Shown here: positions 8,459-19,536 of the stretch, piece by piece | How positions within the stretch are numbered: position 1 is the stretch's first letter | Layout of the letters: each line of letters starts with the position of its first letter | Origin: Deltaproteobacteria bacterium | GTDB taxonomy: Bacteria > Myxococcota > UBA727 > JABDBI01 | Assembly (NCBI GenBank): GCA_016432245.1 | Contig: CP066680.1 | Location: 36,110-100,109 of the forward strand | DNA length: 64,000 nt | Direction of reading: 5' to 3' | The notes under the pieces: model-generated | What the model was told of the DNA's origin: nothing | The model's input: only the letters and a program-made list of their open reading frames with translations | The model's database searches: none | Program-made: the position numbers and the translations under genes

Positions 8459-10378
8459 ATGGAAAAAATTATTTTAGAAACAAAGGTTCCTAGTGGACCT
8501 GTATCAGAGAAATGGAAAAAATATTGTGAAACTTCTAAACCAATAAATCCTGCAAATAAGCGAAAATATCATGTTATAGTTGTAGGTACTGGGTTAGCAG
8601 GTGCGTCAGCTGCAGCATCATTAGGAGAACTTGGTTATAATGTTTCCAGTTTTTGTTTCCAAGATAGCCCGAGAAGAGCTCATAGTATAGCTGCACAAGG
8701 AGGGATTAATGCAGCTAAAAATTATAAGAATGATGGTGATAATGTATGGAGATTATTTTGTGATACGATAAAGGGAGGAGACTTTAGAGCGAGAGAGGCA
8801 AATGTATATAGATTAGCAGAATTAAGTGTTCGAATCATAGATCATTGTGTAGCTCAAGGAGTTCCTTTTGCAAGAGAATATGGAGGATTATTGGACAATA
8901 GGTCATTTGGGGGGTCATTAGTTTCGAGAACTTTTTATGCAAGAGGACAGACAGGACAGCAATTACTTTTGGGCGCTTATAGTTCTTTAAATAGGCAAAT
9001 AAATAAAGGAACTGTAAAAAATTACTCAAGAATGGAATTTCAAGATTTAATTGTTATAGATGGTGTAGTTAAAGGGGTTATAATGAGAGATTTAGTTTCA
9101 GGTGAATTTGCAGTTTTTACAGGAGATGCGGTGGTTTTAGCGACAGGAGGATATAGTGCTGCATTCTATTTGTCTACGAACGCAGTTGGGTGCAATGTTA
9201 GTGCAACTTACAGAGCCTATAAAAAAGGAGCTTTATTTGCGAATCCTTGTTTTACACAGATACATCCCACATGTATTCCACAGTCAGGACATCATCAATC
9301 AAAGTTAACATTAATGTCGGAATCTCTTCGAAATGATGGCAGAGTTTGGGTTCCGAAAGAAAAAGATATGCGTTCTCCGAATGAAATTCCGGAAACGGAA
9401 AGGGATTATTATTTGGAAAGAAAGTATCCAAGTTATGGAAATTTGGCACCAAGGGATATTGCATCAAGAGCTGCTAAGCAGGTGTGTGATGATAATAGAG
9501 GAGTAGGTCCAGGAGGCAAAGGTGTTTATTTGGATTTTGAAAATGCGATAAATCGGTTGGGAAAAGATGTCATATCAGCTCGATATGGTAATCTATTTGA
9601 GATGTATGAAAAGATTACAGGAGAAAACCCTTATGAAACTCCAATGCGTATATATCCAGCTATGCATTATTCAATGGGAGGCTTATGGGTGAATTATGAA
9701 TTGATGAGCAATCTTCCTGGGTTATTTGTTATAGGAGAGGCAAACTTTTCAGATCATGGAGCTAATAGGCTTGGGGCAAGTGCATTAATGCAAACATTGG
9801 CGGATGGTTATTTTATTTTGCCTAATACAATTTCAAGCTATTTAAATACAGTCAAACCAGGTGATTTGCAAGATACGGATTCTTGTATATTTCCTATGGT
9901 TGAGGAAGTGAGGACGCCGGTGCGTAGGTTAATGTCTTGCCGTGGTAATACATCACCAAATGTTTTGCATAGTCAATTAGGGCGTATTTTATGGGAATAT
10001 TGCGGAATGAGCAGAAACGAGGCTGGTTTGCTTAAAGCATTAACTGAGATAAAGCAACTTAAAGAAGATTTTTGGAAACTTGTGAGAGTGCCTCATTATA
10101 ATAATACCTCGTTTAATCAAGTTTTAGAAAAAGCGATACGGGTAGTAGATTTTATGGATTTTTCTGAGTTGCTATGCCTAGATGCTTTGGAACGCAAAGA
10201 GAGTTGTGGAGGGCATTTTAGAGAAGAATATCAGACAGAAGATGGAGAAGCCAAAAGAAATGATGAAGATTTTTGTCACGTTGCTGCTTGGAAGTATAAT
10301 GCTGAAGATAAGCCGACAAGAATTCAAGAAGAATTAGTTTTTGAGCATGTTCCATTAACAACAAGGAGTTACAAATGA
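8459..10378 (+). CDS. sdhA: succinate dehydrogenase/fumarate reductase flavoprotein subunit
   Basis: FAD-binding [12 protein letters not shown], and [11 protein letters not shown] containing the covalent-FAD His. Also [24 protein letters not shown] and [10 protein letters not shown]. Confidence 0.93.
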   Translation: MEKIILETKVPSGPVSEKWKKYCETSKPINPANKRKYHVIVVGTGLAGASAAASLGELGYNVSSFCFQDSPRRAHSIAAQGGINAAKNYKNDGDNVWRLFCDTIKGGDFRAREANVYRLAELSVRIIDHCVAQGVPFAREYGGLLDNRSFGGSLVSRTFYARGQTGQQLLLGAYSSLNRQINKGTVKNYSRMEFQDLIVIDGVVKGVIMRDLVSGEFAVFTGDAVVLATGGYSAAFYLSTNAVGCNVSATYRAYKKGALFANPCFTQIHPTCIPQSGHHQSKLTLMSESLRNDGRVWVPKEKDMRSPNEIPETERDYYLERKYPSYGNLAPRDIASRAAKQVCDDNRGVGPGGKGVYLDFENAINRLGKDVISARYGNLFEMYEKITGENPYETPMRIYPAMHYSMGGLWVNYELMSNLPGLFVIGEANFSDHGANRLGASALMQTLADGYFILPNTISSYLNTVKPGDLQDTDSCIFPMVEEVRTPVRRLMSCRGNTSPNVLHSQLGRILWEYCGMSRNEAGLLKALTEIKQLKEDFWKLVRVPHYNNTSFNQVLEKAIRVVDFMDFSELLCLDALERKESCGGHFREEYQTEDGEAKRNDEDFCHVAAWKYNAEDKPTRIQEELVFEHVPLTTRSYK

Positions 10379-11151
10379 ACAAAGAAACAAGAAATTATAA
10401 AATTTTATTATGGAGAGAACCGCATGGTAAAGTTTTTTTTAAGGGAGAAATGCATGGAGCCTTTGTGACTGAAAATATATCAGGGATTTCGCCGGATATG
10501 TCTTTTTTGGAAATGTTAGATATTTTAAATGATAGAATTTTAAGTCGAAATGATCACCCTGTTTGTTTTGAGTCAGATTGTAGAGAAGGCATATGTGGGG
10601 CGTGTTCGCTTGTTATAAATGGGGTAGCACATGGTCGTCAAACAGGGACGACAACATGCCAATTGCATATGAGGAGTTTTAAGTCTGGTTCAACAATAGT
10701 AGTAGAGCCATTTAGAGCAAGGTCTTTTCCCGTAATTAGAGATTTGGTTGTAGACCGCAGTGCTTTGGATCGAATAATGCAAGCAGGTGGGTATATATCT
10801 GTAAATGTTGGGTCTGCGCCAGATGCCCATTCTATCTTAGTAGATAAAAAGAGTGCAGATCAAGCATTTGAGGCAGCTGCATGCATAGGATGTGGAGCAT
10901 GTGTTGCTATGTGCAAGAATTCATCGGCAATGTTGTTTGTCGGGGCTAAAATATCTCAATTGTCGAAACTTCCACAAGGCCAACCTGAAAGATACGAAAG
11001 AGTAAAGCGCATGGTTGAGCAAATGCAAGTAGAAGGGTTTGGTGGATGTTCGAATACAATGGCCTGCGAGGCAGTTTGCCCGAAGGGAATTACGACGAAA
11101 GTTATTTCGGAGTTGAATTGGGAATTTTTAAAGATGACTTTGAAATCTTAA
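10375..11151 (+). CDS. sdhB: succinate dehydrogenase/fumarate reductase iron-sulfur subunit
   Basis: Cys clusters [21 protein letters not shown] and [15 protein letters not shown]. The start overlaps the sdhA stop in ATGA. Confidence 0.93.
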   Translation: MNKETRNYKILLWREPHGKVFFKGEMHGAFVTENISGISPDMSFLEMLDILNDRILSRNDHPVCFESDCREGICGACSLVINGVAHGRQTGTTTCQLHMRSFKSGSTIVVEPFRARSFPVIRDLVVDRSALDRIMQAGGYISVNVGSAPDAHSILVDKKSADQAFEAAACIGCGACVAMCKNSSAMLFVGAKISQLSKLPQGQPERYERVKRMVEQMQVEGFGGCSNTMACEAVCPKGITTKVISELNWEFLKMTLKS

Positions 11152-11420
11152 ATAATGAATATGAAATTAAAATAGTAGATATTTTTTATGTCTATTATTT
11201 TAATTTTATTTCTTTAAATAATATGTGTGATTTAATACGAGGATCGTATTTTTTTAAGGATAGCTTTTCTTTTGTATTAGCTTTGTTTTTTTGGGAAACA
11301 TAGAAAAAGCCTGTTTTAGCAGAAGATTCTAATTTTATTAATTCTCGTACATTTTTTTTTGCCATATTATTTTTCTTTATAAATCGTATGAGATAGAAGA
11401 GTCAAGAAAATAGTGTTTTT

Positions 11421-12746
11421 TTAAGAAAAGTTTTCATTTCTTTTAATCTTTAGTAGCCTGATTTCATTTTCAAACTTTTTAAATTTATAGAAATATTGTC
11501 CTGTGGCTGCATCAAGTTCAAATTCGCCACCTAATTGATTTATTTCAGATACTAAGTTTTTGTCAGAAATATCATGGCCAGAAGCTTTTTTCCATGTTTT
11601 TCTTAGCGTGTCTTCTGTGTATCTAGCAATTGAGTTGTTTAAGATTAAAGATATTAAGGATAGTCTACCTCTTTTGATATGAATTTCTTTTATTTTATTT
11701 TTATAAATGAAGTATCGTACTGTCAGAAATGCGAATAATGCTGAAGAAAATATAAAAGGAATCCAAGTGAACATGATATTTTGTAAGAGAGGGTGTAATG
11801 TGGAAGGGTGTAAGAGAAATTTGAGACTTGTGATTAAGTTAAATAAATTAAGAAAGAATATTAGAATATTTACGTTTGTTTCATTATTTCCAAAAAAAGC
11901 AGGGGCATTTAAACTTGATTTTAAGTTCTGTGTAGCAAAAAAGTTTGTATAAGTTGTTTTTTTTAAATGTGGAAAGAAATAAATAATTTCACCTAGCTTT
12001 CCGACTTTGATATGTCCCTGATGTTCAATTACAAGAGATAACAGTAATTTTTCAGCGTTTTGAATGCTTAGAAGTGGAGAAGCATAAATAGTTTCAAGAA
12101 TTCCAATGTACCCATTTTTTTCTTTGATAGCTTTTAGTATGTTTTTTTTTAACATTAATGAGTTTTCGCTATCTGATACTGTCGGTGGTCCTAAGAAAAA
12201 ATTATTAACTTTTTCATAAAAGATTGTTGAATTTTTTATTATTTTATTTGATTGATTTTTGTTATTTTGATTAGAATTTGAGAGAAATCTAAATCTTAAG
12301 TCCCAAAATATAATGTCATGAATAAAATGAAAGAATAAGGAGTTGTCAGTTTTTGAGTTCTCGTTTGAAGGTCTGTTTCCTTTATTTAGGATTAAAAGTA
12401 TAATCATAAAAGAAAGAAAATAGAAAATTATAACGATTGAGATCCACGCTTTAAATAAGAGTTGTGCTAAAAAAAAAGAGAGCTTTTTAAATTTGTTAAA
12501 TAAGGTATTTATATATGTGATTTTTAACCATGGTTTTTTAAACCCATGTGGAAATTCAAATAATAAATTTCCTTCAGGAGAGACAATTAGGTTTCCTCGA
12601 TATTCCTGCAAGAGGCGATATAGACCATGTTCTGTTTCATAAAAAGAAAGACCACTGTAAAAGGATGCGTCTTCGATTGATACTGTGGATTTTTGAGAAA
12701 TAGGAATTGACAATTTTAAAATTAAGTTTATCTTGTTTTTATTCAT
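11421..12746 (-). CDS. hypothetical polytopic membrane protein with three repeated soluble modules
   Basis: Long ORF of 441 aa. Hydrophobic segments at about aa 88-120 and 292-345. I recognise no family. Low-complexity N/S/K-rich linkers. Confidence 0.6.
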   Translation of the reverse strand: MNKNKINLILKLSIPISQKSTVSIEDASFYSGLSFYETEHGLYRLLQEYRGNLIVSPEGNLLFEFPHGFKKPWLKITYINTLFNKFKKLSFFLAQLLFKAWISIVIIFYFLSFMIILLILNKGNRPSNENSKTDNSLFFHFIHDIIFWDLRFRFLSNSNQNNKNQSNKIIKNSTIFYEKVNNFFLGPPTVSDSENSLMLKKNILKAIKEKNGYIGILETIYASPLLSIQNAEKLLLSLVIEHQGHIKVGKLGEIIYFFPHLKKTTYTNFFATQNLKSSLNAPAFFGNNETNVNILIFFLNLFNLITSLKFLLHPSTLHPLLQNIMFTWIPFIFSSALFAFLTVRYFIYKNKIKEIHIKRGRLSLISLILNNSIARYTEDTLRKTWKKASGHDISDKNLVSEINQLGGEFELDAATGQYFYKFKKFENEIRLLKIKRNENFS

Positions 12747-12777
12747 AGTAGTTTCTTGGAAATAATAAAAAGAAAGA

Positions 12778-12849
12778 GGTCTTGTAACTCAGAGGGAGAG
12801 TGCCACTTTTACAAGGTGGAAGTCGTAGGTTCGAGTCCTATCAAGACTA
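12778..12849 (+). tRNA. tRNA-Val (anticodon UAC)
   Basis: ggtcttg ta actc agaggga gagt g ccact ttTACaa ggtgg aagtc gtagg ttcgagt cctat caagact a. The cloverleaf has G-U pairs at 1-72 and 49-65. Confidence 0.85.
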
Positions 12850-12935
12850 TTTCTAGTTACATAATCAAATAGGTTTATCTGAAAATAAGTATACACTAAA
12901 AATAAATATGTAGGCAACTTTATGTTAGAAACAAG

Positions 12936-14111
12936 ATGAATAAATTTCTCAACAGTTTATTTAAAGATTATCAAGGCTCTTTAAAGTACTTAAACCGAGG
13001 AAAAGAATTTTATTGTGGAAATTTAATTAAATTATTAACATGTAGTAAGTGCATTTTTGATGAAATGTTGTGTGAGATTAAAAAAGCAAGATATAAAGTA
13101 TGGCTAGAAAGCTATATTTATAAACTGGATTCTGTAGGTGAACAATTTAGAATCGCTTTAATAGAGGCGTCTCGCAGAGGGTGTGAAGTTACACTCCTTT
13201 GTGATGCATTAGGATCTTGGTTTATAACAAAGAATTTTGTTCGTACATTGGAAGATGCAGGAGTTCGATTTATTTTTTATAATTCTTTTGAGCATTTAAA
13301 TAGGCCTTTTAAATCTTTATTTCTTCGAAATCATCGAAAATTATTAATTGTAGATGGTCGAGTAGTATTTTGTGGAAGTGCAAATATTATAGATTGTAGT
13401 GTAAAGAAAAAGCCGTTTCAAGATGCTGTAGTAAAAATGATAGGGCCAGTTTGTTTTGGGGCTGAAGAAAATGTCTATAACACTTATTATAAGGTGTTGG
13501 ATACAGAAGTATGTCATAAAGCGCCACGCTTAACCTCATATCGCAATGGCAAAATAATATGTCTTTATGAGTGTAATAGAGCATTTAAGCTTTATAGTTT
13601 GCCAGATTTGTTGATGAAAACTTTACAGTTTTCAAAGAAATATTGTTATTTTATAACACCTTATTTTGATCCAAGCGAAAATATTAAGTTGTTTCTATTA
13701 GAAGCTGCGAAGAGAGGGGTGAAGATAAGGATACTTACAGCAGGAATATCAGATGTTCCCTTTATGCATATGGCAAGTCAATGTTTGTATGAAGATTATA
13801 TAAGAGCAGGTGTAGAAATTTATGAAACTTATGATTGTATAGTTCATTCAAAAGTATTTATTTCAGATGATAAATTAATGCTGATTGGTTCGTTTAATTT
13901 AGATAGGATTTCTTTACATAATTTAGAGCTGAGTTTTGGGATATTTGACCATAAAAATAGGATAGAGAAGGAATTGGAATATTTTTATAAAATCTTAAAG
14001 AAATCTGTTAGAATAGATATAAAAAGGCTTCAAAATAGATCTTTGAGGGAGAGGATTCTTTCGAAAATATGTTTTTATATTTTAAGAGGAGTTCAAAAAT
14101 ATATTTATTAA
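12936..14111 (+). CDS. cls: phospholipase D family protein, ClsB-like cardiolipin synthase
   Basis: Two HKD motifs: NHRKLLIVDG and VHSKVFISDDKLMLIGSFNLD. No N-terminal TM helices. Confidence 0.8.
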   Translation: MNKFLNSLFKDYQGSLKYLNRGKEFYCGNLIKLLTCSKCIFDEMLCEIKKARYKVWLESYIYKLDSVGEQFRIALIEASRRGCEVTLLCDALGSWFITKNFVRTLEDAGVRFIFYNSFEHLNRPFKSLFLRNHRKLLIVDGRVVFCGSANIIDCSVKKKPFQDAVVKMIGPVCFGAEENVYNTYYKVLDTEVCHKAPRLTSYRNGKIICLYECNRAFKLYSLPDLLMKTLQFSKKYCYFITPYFDPSENIKLFLLEAAKRGVKIRILTAGISDVPFMHMASQCLYEDYIRAGVEIYETYDCIVHSKVFISDDKLMLIGSFNLDRISLHNLELSFGIFDHKNRIEKELEYFYKILKKSVRIDIKRLQNRSLRERILSKICFYILRGVQKYIY

Positions 14112-15148
14112 GGATTCAAATGAAGAGTTCCACATGCAGCACCAATATCGCTTCCTCTGGAATTTCGAATAAATACAGAAAGGTTCTTATTTAGTAATGA
14201 CTTTTGAAAATTATAAATTTTATTAGGAAATGGGCGTTGAAAATTAGATAAGCTGTGTGGATTAAAAGGTATCAAATTTATTTTGCATCGGATATTTTTT
14301 AGGAGATGAGATAAAAGAATCGCATCTTTAGGGGAGTCATTAATGTTAGATATTAGTACATACTCAAAAGTGACTCTTCGAGAAGAATATTGTGAAAAAT
14401 TCTTACAAGCCTCTAATAAGGATGCAAGATTCCATTTATTATTTATAGGCATAATTTGACTACGAATCATGTCAGTCGCGGCATTTAAGCTAATCGCAAT
14501 ATTCACATTGCTTTCCATACCTAATCTAGCAATGTTTTTTACAATACCAGAAGTTGAAACAGTAATTCTTTTTCCAGATATATTTTTACCGTAAGAACAG
14601 CAAAGGATTTTTAAAGACTGTAAAACATTAAAGTAATTATGAAGAGGTTCTCCCATTCCCATATATACGAGGTTATGGATATTTAGAGGTTGGGCAAGCT
14701 TATCTAAGTAACTTTGAATTAGATAGACTTGGCTGATTATTTCTGCTGTTGATAAATTTCGTTTAAGACCTAAGGATGCTGTTGCGCAAAATTTACATCC
14801 CATACCGCACCCGATTTGACTGGATATGCATAGGGTATTTCTGCCGTTTGTTGAAGAGTTTGGAATAAAGATTGATTCAATATGATGATTGTCGAGAGTT
14901 TCAAGGTTAAATTTTATTGTTCCATCAGAGCTCGTTAGATCTTGTGCAATATTTAGGCAAGAAATTGAATATAAATTGGCAAGATTTTCTCTCAAATATA
15001 GAGGAATTGTGGAAATATTCTGGAAGTTATTTATGCCTTGAGCATGTATAGCTGTAAAAATTTGTACACTTCTAAATGAGTTGTATCCTTTTTGAGTTAA
15101 AATAGTATTTAATTCTTTTAAAGTTAGATTTAAAATATTTGGTAGCAT
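14108..15148 (-). CDS. rlmN: 23S rRNA/tRNA A2503/A37 C2 methyltransferase, radical SAM
   Basis: CGMGCKFCAT radical-SAM cluster motif, GMGEPLHNY, and a C-terminal GSDIGAACGTL with the catalytic Cys. Confidence 0.87.
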   Translation of the reverse strand: MLPNILNLTLKELNTILTQKGYNSFRSVQIFTAIHAQGINNFQNISTIPLYLRENLANLYSISCLNIAQDLTSSDGTIKFNLETLDNHHIESIFIPNSSTNGRNTLCISSQIGCGMGCKFCATASLGLKRNLSTAEIISQVYLIQSYLDKLAQPLNIHNLVYMGMGEPLHNYFNVLQSLKILCCSYGKNISGKRITVSTSGIVKNIARLGMESNVNIAISLNAATDMIRSQIMPINNKWNLASLLEACKNFSQYSSRRVTFEYVLISNINDSPKDAILLSHLLKNIRCKINLIPFNPHSLSNFQRPFPNKIYNFQKSLLNKNLSVFIRNSRGSDIGAACGTLHLNP

Positions 15149-15158
15149 CGATTGGAAG

Positions 15159-15704
15159 TTACTTATTGGGAGTCCAATTTAAATATTTTTTTAAAAAAAT
15201 AATTTTAGATAATGGCTCCCTTGAATGCATTAATGTTAATTTATCTAATAAATTTAAAAAATTTAGAACAACATAATCTTGTTTAATGAGGGTGAAAAGA
15301 GGAACCATTTCTTTTGTTATGGTTTTTAATGGATATTGGGATTTTATGATGTTTAGCTGAATAAATTGCAGTAGTTTATTTATCGGAATTGTATCTGTTT
15401 TATATTTTTTTAACAGACGCAGAATTTTTTTATTGTTTTTTTGAGAGGTTAATAAAGATTCTTTGATTTTCAAGAGAGAGTGTTTTTTGCTTTTATTTGA
15501 CATGTTAACTTTAATAGCTTGATTGAATATTGAGTAAAAGTTTGGAGATGCTACTAGCTTGTTTGTATATGAATAGTTTTTTTTAAGATTCAAAATGTTG
15601 TTATTTTGAGATGGTTTCCAATTTGTTAAAAGCGTTAAAATAATTAAAGAAAACAATAAAAGGATGATCCAAGACTTTGAATGTTGACGTAATAGATCTA
15701 ACAT
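15159..15704 (-). CDS. hypothetical membrane-anchored protein with a PpiD-like N-terminus and no PPIase domain
   Basis: MLDLLRQHSKSWIILLLFSLIILTLL resembles the conserved start and TM anchor of PpiD-type periplasmic chaperones. The remaining ~150 aa are K/L/N-rich with no recognisable motif. Confidence 0.4.
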   Translation of the reverse strand: MLDLLRQHSKSWIILLLFSLIILTLLTNWKPSQNNNILNLKKNYSYTNKLVASPNFYSIFNQAIKVNMSNKSKKHSLLKIKESLLTSQKNNKKILRLLKKYKTDTIPINKLLQFIQLNIIKSQYPLKTITKEMVPLFTLIKQDYVVLNFLNLLDKLTLMHSREPLSKIIFLKKYLNWTPNK

Positions 15705-15765
15705 ATTTATAGAAAAGAACTGTTCTTTATTTTTTTATATCTATGCTAAATAATAAAAAAAAGGT

Positions 15766-16809
15766 ATGTTATTGTCGAGAACAGTTTCCAGGTTATTTGC
15801 AAAAGATATAGCGATTGACCTTGGGACATCGAATACATTGTTATTTGAATCATTGAATGGAATTGTAGCGAGTGAAGCAAGTGTTATTTCTATTGATAGA
15901 CGATTGCATGGGAAAAATCCAGTGATTGAGGTTGGAAAACAGGCAAAAAACATGTTAGGCAAGGTAGCAGGTCCTATTATTGCAGTGCAACCTATTCAGT
16001 ATGGTGTTATTAAAGATTTTATGGCTGTTTCATATATGGTTTCAGCGTTGATAAATAGATATTGTATGCGTGGCATTTTCTCAAAACCTCGTATTGTGTT
16101 TACAGTTGCATCAGATTTTTTAGAAACAGAAAAAGAGTCAATCAGGGAGTCTATATTTGCACTTGGAATTGCAGCTGAAGTGTTTTTTTTAGAAAAATCG
16201 TTGGCATCTGCTCTTGGAGCAGATATGATCGTAACAGCACCAATGGGAAATATGATAATAGATGTTGGAGGAGGCAAAACGGAGGTTGCAATTGTTTCCT
16301 TAGGAGGGATTGTTTATAGTGTTTCATTGCCAATAGGGGGGATGTATTTTGACGATGAAATTACAAGAATGATTAGATCGAAGTATTCCTTAATGATTGG
16401 GTGCCAAACAGCAGAAGAGATAAAAAAACATTTTGCAGCAGCCATATTTTCAAAAAAAAATAGTGTAAATATTCCTGTCAAAGGTCGAGATCAATCTAGT
16501 GGAAATCCAAGGATGGCGTATGTTACTAGCTATGATATTTGCCAGTCACTTGAAATGTTAATTAGTAGACTAGCAGAAGAAGTTCGTTTTTGTTTGGAGA
16601 CAATATCTGCAGAATTAGTATCTGATATTGCAAAGCATGGTATTTTCCTTACAGGTGGAGGATCTTTAATTAGATATTTGGATAAGTATATAGAGAGAGT
16701 TGTTGGAGTATCTGTTATAAGAGTGAAAGATCCGATGTGTGGAACAATTCTAGGTGCTGGAAAAATTGTTGAAAATCTAGAAGAATTACAAGAATTTTTA
16801 TGTTTATAA
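15766..16809 (+). CDS. mreB: rod shape-determining actin homolog MreB
   Basis: DIAIDLGTSNTLL, IIDVGGGKTEVAIVSLGGIV and GIFLTGGGSLIRYLDKYI. Confidence 0.93.
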   Translation: MLLSRTVSRLFAKDIAIDLGTSNTLLFESLNGIVASEASVISIDRRLHGKNPVIEVGKQAKNMLGKVAGPIIAVQPIQYGVIKDFMAVSYMVSALINRYCMRGIFSKPRIVFTVASDFLETEKESIRESIFALGIAAEVFFLEKSLASALGADMIVTAPMGNMIIDVGGGKTEVAIVSLGGIVYSVSLPIGGMYFDDEITRMIRSKYSLMIGCQTAEEIKKHFAAAIFSKKNSVNIPVKGRDQSSGNPRMAYVTSYDICQSLEMLISRLAEEVRFCLETISAELVSDIAKHGIFLTGGGSLIRYLDKYIERVVGVSVIRVKDPMCGTILGAGKIVENLEELQEFLCL

Positions 16810-16854
16810 TATTATAGTCATAAATCAAGGACTGTATTGGTACACAGAAAGGAA

Positions 16855-17451
16855 ATGAGTAAAGCAGCGTTGAAAATTGGAGCATATATTGTTTTTAGCA
16901 TTATATATTTATTTGGATTTAATAATGTTGAAAATTATGTGAGTAATCATGGGAAAATAGATTTAGAAAAGATATTAATTGAAAGTGAAATTGAGAATTT
17001 GGGGTATAGGGAATCTTGCGCTAACATGGATTTATTTCAATTGGTTTCTTATGCTGAAGGCATGGTGTTATATTCTCCTTTGGGTGAATATTTTGCAAAT
17101 ATAGGAAGAAATCATGGTGTATATGATAAAGACATTGTATTTAATAATGGTTCTATATTTGGAATCGTTTTGAACGCACAAGAAAATTATTCTCAAATAG
17201 CGGAATTATCAAGTCCTATGTGTGTAATTAATGTTTCTATACCAAGGATAGGAATACAGGCTATAATGAAAGGGTTGAGCATAGATAGAGTTGAAAAAGC
17301 TTATAATATATCAATAGGAGATGTTGTGTATACCGAGCAGGAAGGGGTGCCAGTAGGAAGAATTTTCAAGGCATCAGCTAATACTTTGTATGTAGAGCCA
17401 TTTAAGTGTTTTTTTAGTTTATACATTTTTGTTTTAAGGCAAGGACTTTAG
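16855..17451 (+). CDS. mreC: rod shape-determining protein MreC (short form)
   Basis: Lies between mreB and mrdA. It has an N-terminal TM helix and MreC-like beta-domain patterns (GSIFGIVLNA...SQIAELSSP...V, GDVVYTEQEGVPVGRI). AAAGGAA precedes ATG 16855. The track start is a TTG at 16837. Confidence 0.65.
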   Translation: MSKAALKIGAYIVFSIIYLFGFNNVENYVSNHGKIDLEKILIESEIENLGYRESCANMDLFQLVSYAEGMVLYSPLGEYFANIGRNHGVYDKDIVFNNGSIFGIVLNAQENYSQIAELSSPMCVINVSIPRIGIQAIMKGLSIDRVEKAYNISIGDVVYTEQEGVPVGRIFKASANTLYVEPFKCFFSLYIFVLRQGL

Positions 17452-17457
17452 AGTCTT

Positions 17458-19536
17458 ATGATTTCAAAGTGGAAATATAAAAAATTTATTTTCTTAATTA
17501 TTTTAACTATCTACATATTTTTTTTAAGGGTTTTTTATATACAAATAATTTATGGAGATTTTTTTTTAAGTGAAATGGAAGTGTTATCTGTTAAATCATT
17601 TTATTTTGAAAACGAAAGAGGGCTTATTTTAGATTCTTATGGAAGGGTTCTTGTTGATAATAAATTAGTTTTGGATCTATACATTGAACCATATGTTTTG
17701 GAGAATGAATGTAATGATCTTAAAATATTTGCAAAGGAAGGGTTGGGTTTAAATCGAAAAGAATTTTTAAGATTAAAGAAAAATATTGAAACTAAAAAAG
17801 TTGTTAGTTATAAGCTTTCAATTGATAAGTGCTTAAAAGTACAAGAGTGGCTTTTAAATCAAAAGAAAAAGACAGGAATTCGGATACATCATTGTAATTT
17901 GGAAATTGATTCTAGGTATTTTTTAAAAGATAGCACTTTAAAAAAGCTTCGGGATTATTTAGGATATTCACAAATAGAATTCAATCGGTTCTATGATATA
18001 GCAGTAGCTGAGTTATATGTACAAAAAGAGTTTAATTATGAAATACCAATTTTATTCATTAAAGACTTAGGAATGAAAAAATATGAAAAGCTTGAACAAG
18101 CTTTATATTTAGAGCAATTGCCAGGGTGCTTAATCGATAGGAGATATGAAAGACAGTATTATTATGATGGAAATTTCGCTCATATTATTGGATGTGTTAA
18201 TGATTATATAGGCGAGGAAATTGAACAGGAAAATCCAGAATATATAATAGGACAAGGCATTGGGATATTTGGTATAGAAGAGCAATATGACGAAGAGCTG
18301 AGAGGGCAGCATGATATTGATTTTCATTTAATGGATGCAGAGCTTGGGATGGTATTGAAAGATGATTCATTATTTGATTTTATAGGAGAGCCTGGTAATA
18401 ATGTATTTTTAACCATAGATTTAGACTTACAAAAAAAAGCTGAGTATTTATTGAAAGAAAAAACTGGTTGTATTATTGCAATGGAAGTAGAAAGTGGATT
18501 CATATTGGCAATGGCTAGCACACCTGATTTTAAGTTAGATGAATTAGAATTTGTTTCAAATGATTTAATAAAGAATATTTATTTGAATGCCCCAATAAGT
18601 CCATGGATAAATAGAGCTGTACAGGGTTGCTATGCCCCTGGAAGTGTGTTTAAGATTGTTACAACTATGGTTGGATTGGAGAAAAGAAAAGTAAGCGTAA
18701 GGGACTTGAAAAGATGCAAAGGGCGCTTCAAGGTCAAAGGAGGGAATTGGCGATGTTATCAAAGAAAAGGACATGGTTTTTTTTCCTTAAGTGATGCATT
18801 ACGTTCATCATGTGATTCTTTTTTCTATGAATTGGGGTATGATATAGGGCTTCAAGCTATTTTCAATTTAGCAGATGTGTTGTTTTTAAATAACTATACA
18901 GGAATTGATCTTGCTGAAGAGGAAGCAGGACAAGTACCAGATTTAGAGCATTTTTATAATATGGGAAACAGGTATTCTCGTGGATTTATTATAAATAGTT
19001 CGATTGGACAGGGAGATGTTCAATTGACCCCAATTCAAATAGCAGTGTTATATAATGCAATGCTGAATGGAGGAGCAATCTATCGGCCCACTTTAGTGAA
19101 GGAAGTACGAGATTTTAAAGGGTTTTTAATAGAAAAAAATCATCCTTTTATTTTAACTTTTATTCGAGATCAAGAATATCTAGGTAATCTAAAAAAAAAA
19201 TTAATGAATGTATTCACAAAGGGAGGAACGGCTTCTAATTTTTTAAAAAAGAGAAAATACAAACGTATTAGGAATTGGCTTAGTTTTATCTCGATAGGTG
19301 TTGGAGGCAAGACAGGCACAGCTCAAGTTATTAATTTGGCAAAAGATGTTGATCATTTAAATGTACGAGCAACTAAATATATGTTTAGAGACAATGCTTT
19401 ATTTATAGGATTCCTACCAGAGGAGTCTCCTAAAATTTTAGTCGTTTCCATTGTTGAGCATGGAGGCTTTGGTGGAATTGAAGCGGCACCTTTATCTACT
19501 GAAATTTTAAGGGATTGGTATGTTAAGTCACTTTAA
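17458..19536 (+). CDS. mrdA: penicillin-binding protein 2 (elongasome transpeptidase)
   Basis: SxxK motif PGSVFKIV, KTG motif GGKTGTAQ, an N-terminal TM anchor, and operon position. Confidence 0.88.
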   Translation: MISKWKYKKFIFLIILTIYIFFLRVFYIQIIYGDFFLSEMEVLSVKSFYFENERGLILDSYGRVLVDNKLVLDLYIEPYVLENECNDLKIFAKEGLGLNRKEFLRLKKNIETKKVVSYKLSIDKCLKVQEWLLNQKKKTGIRIHHCNLEIDSRYFLKDSTLKKLRDYLGYSQIEFNRFYDIAVAELYVQKEFNYEIPILFIKDLGMKKYEKLEQALYLEQLPGCLIDRRYERQYYYDGNFAHIIGCVNDYIGEEIEQENPEYIIGQGIGIFGIEEQYDEELRGQHDIDFHLMDAELGMVLKDDSLFDFIGEPGNNVFLTIDLDLQKKAEYLLKEKTGCIIAMEVESGFILAMASTPDFKLDELEFVSNDLIKNIYLNAPISPWINRAVQGCYAPGSVFKIVTTMVGLEKRKVSVRDLKRCKGRFKVKGGNWRCYQRKGHGFFSLSDALRSSCDSFFYELGYDIGLQAIFNLADVLFLNNYTGIDLAEEEAGQVPDLEHFYNMGNRYSRGFIINSSIGQGDVQLTPIQIAVLYNAMLNGGAIYRPTLVKEVRDFKGFLIEKNHPFILTFIRDQEYLGNLKKKLMNVFTKGGTASNFLKKRKYKRIRNWLSFISIGVGGKTGTAQVINLAKDVDHLNVRATKYMFRDNALFIGFLPEESPKILVVSIVEHGGFGGIEAAPLSTEILRDWYVKSL

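Noticed and set aside
11046-11303. 85-aa ORF overlapping the 3' end of sdhB
   Set aside because: It overlaps a well-supported conserved gene in another frame and continues into low-complexity AT-rich spacer. It has no motif.
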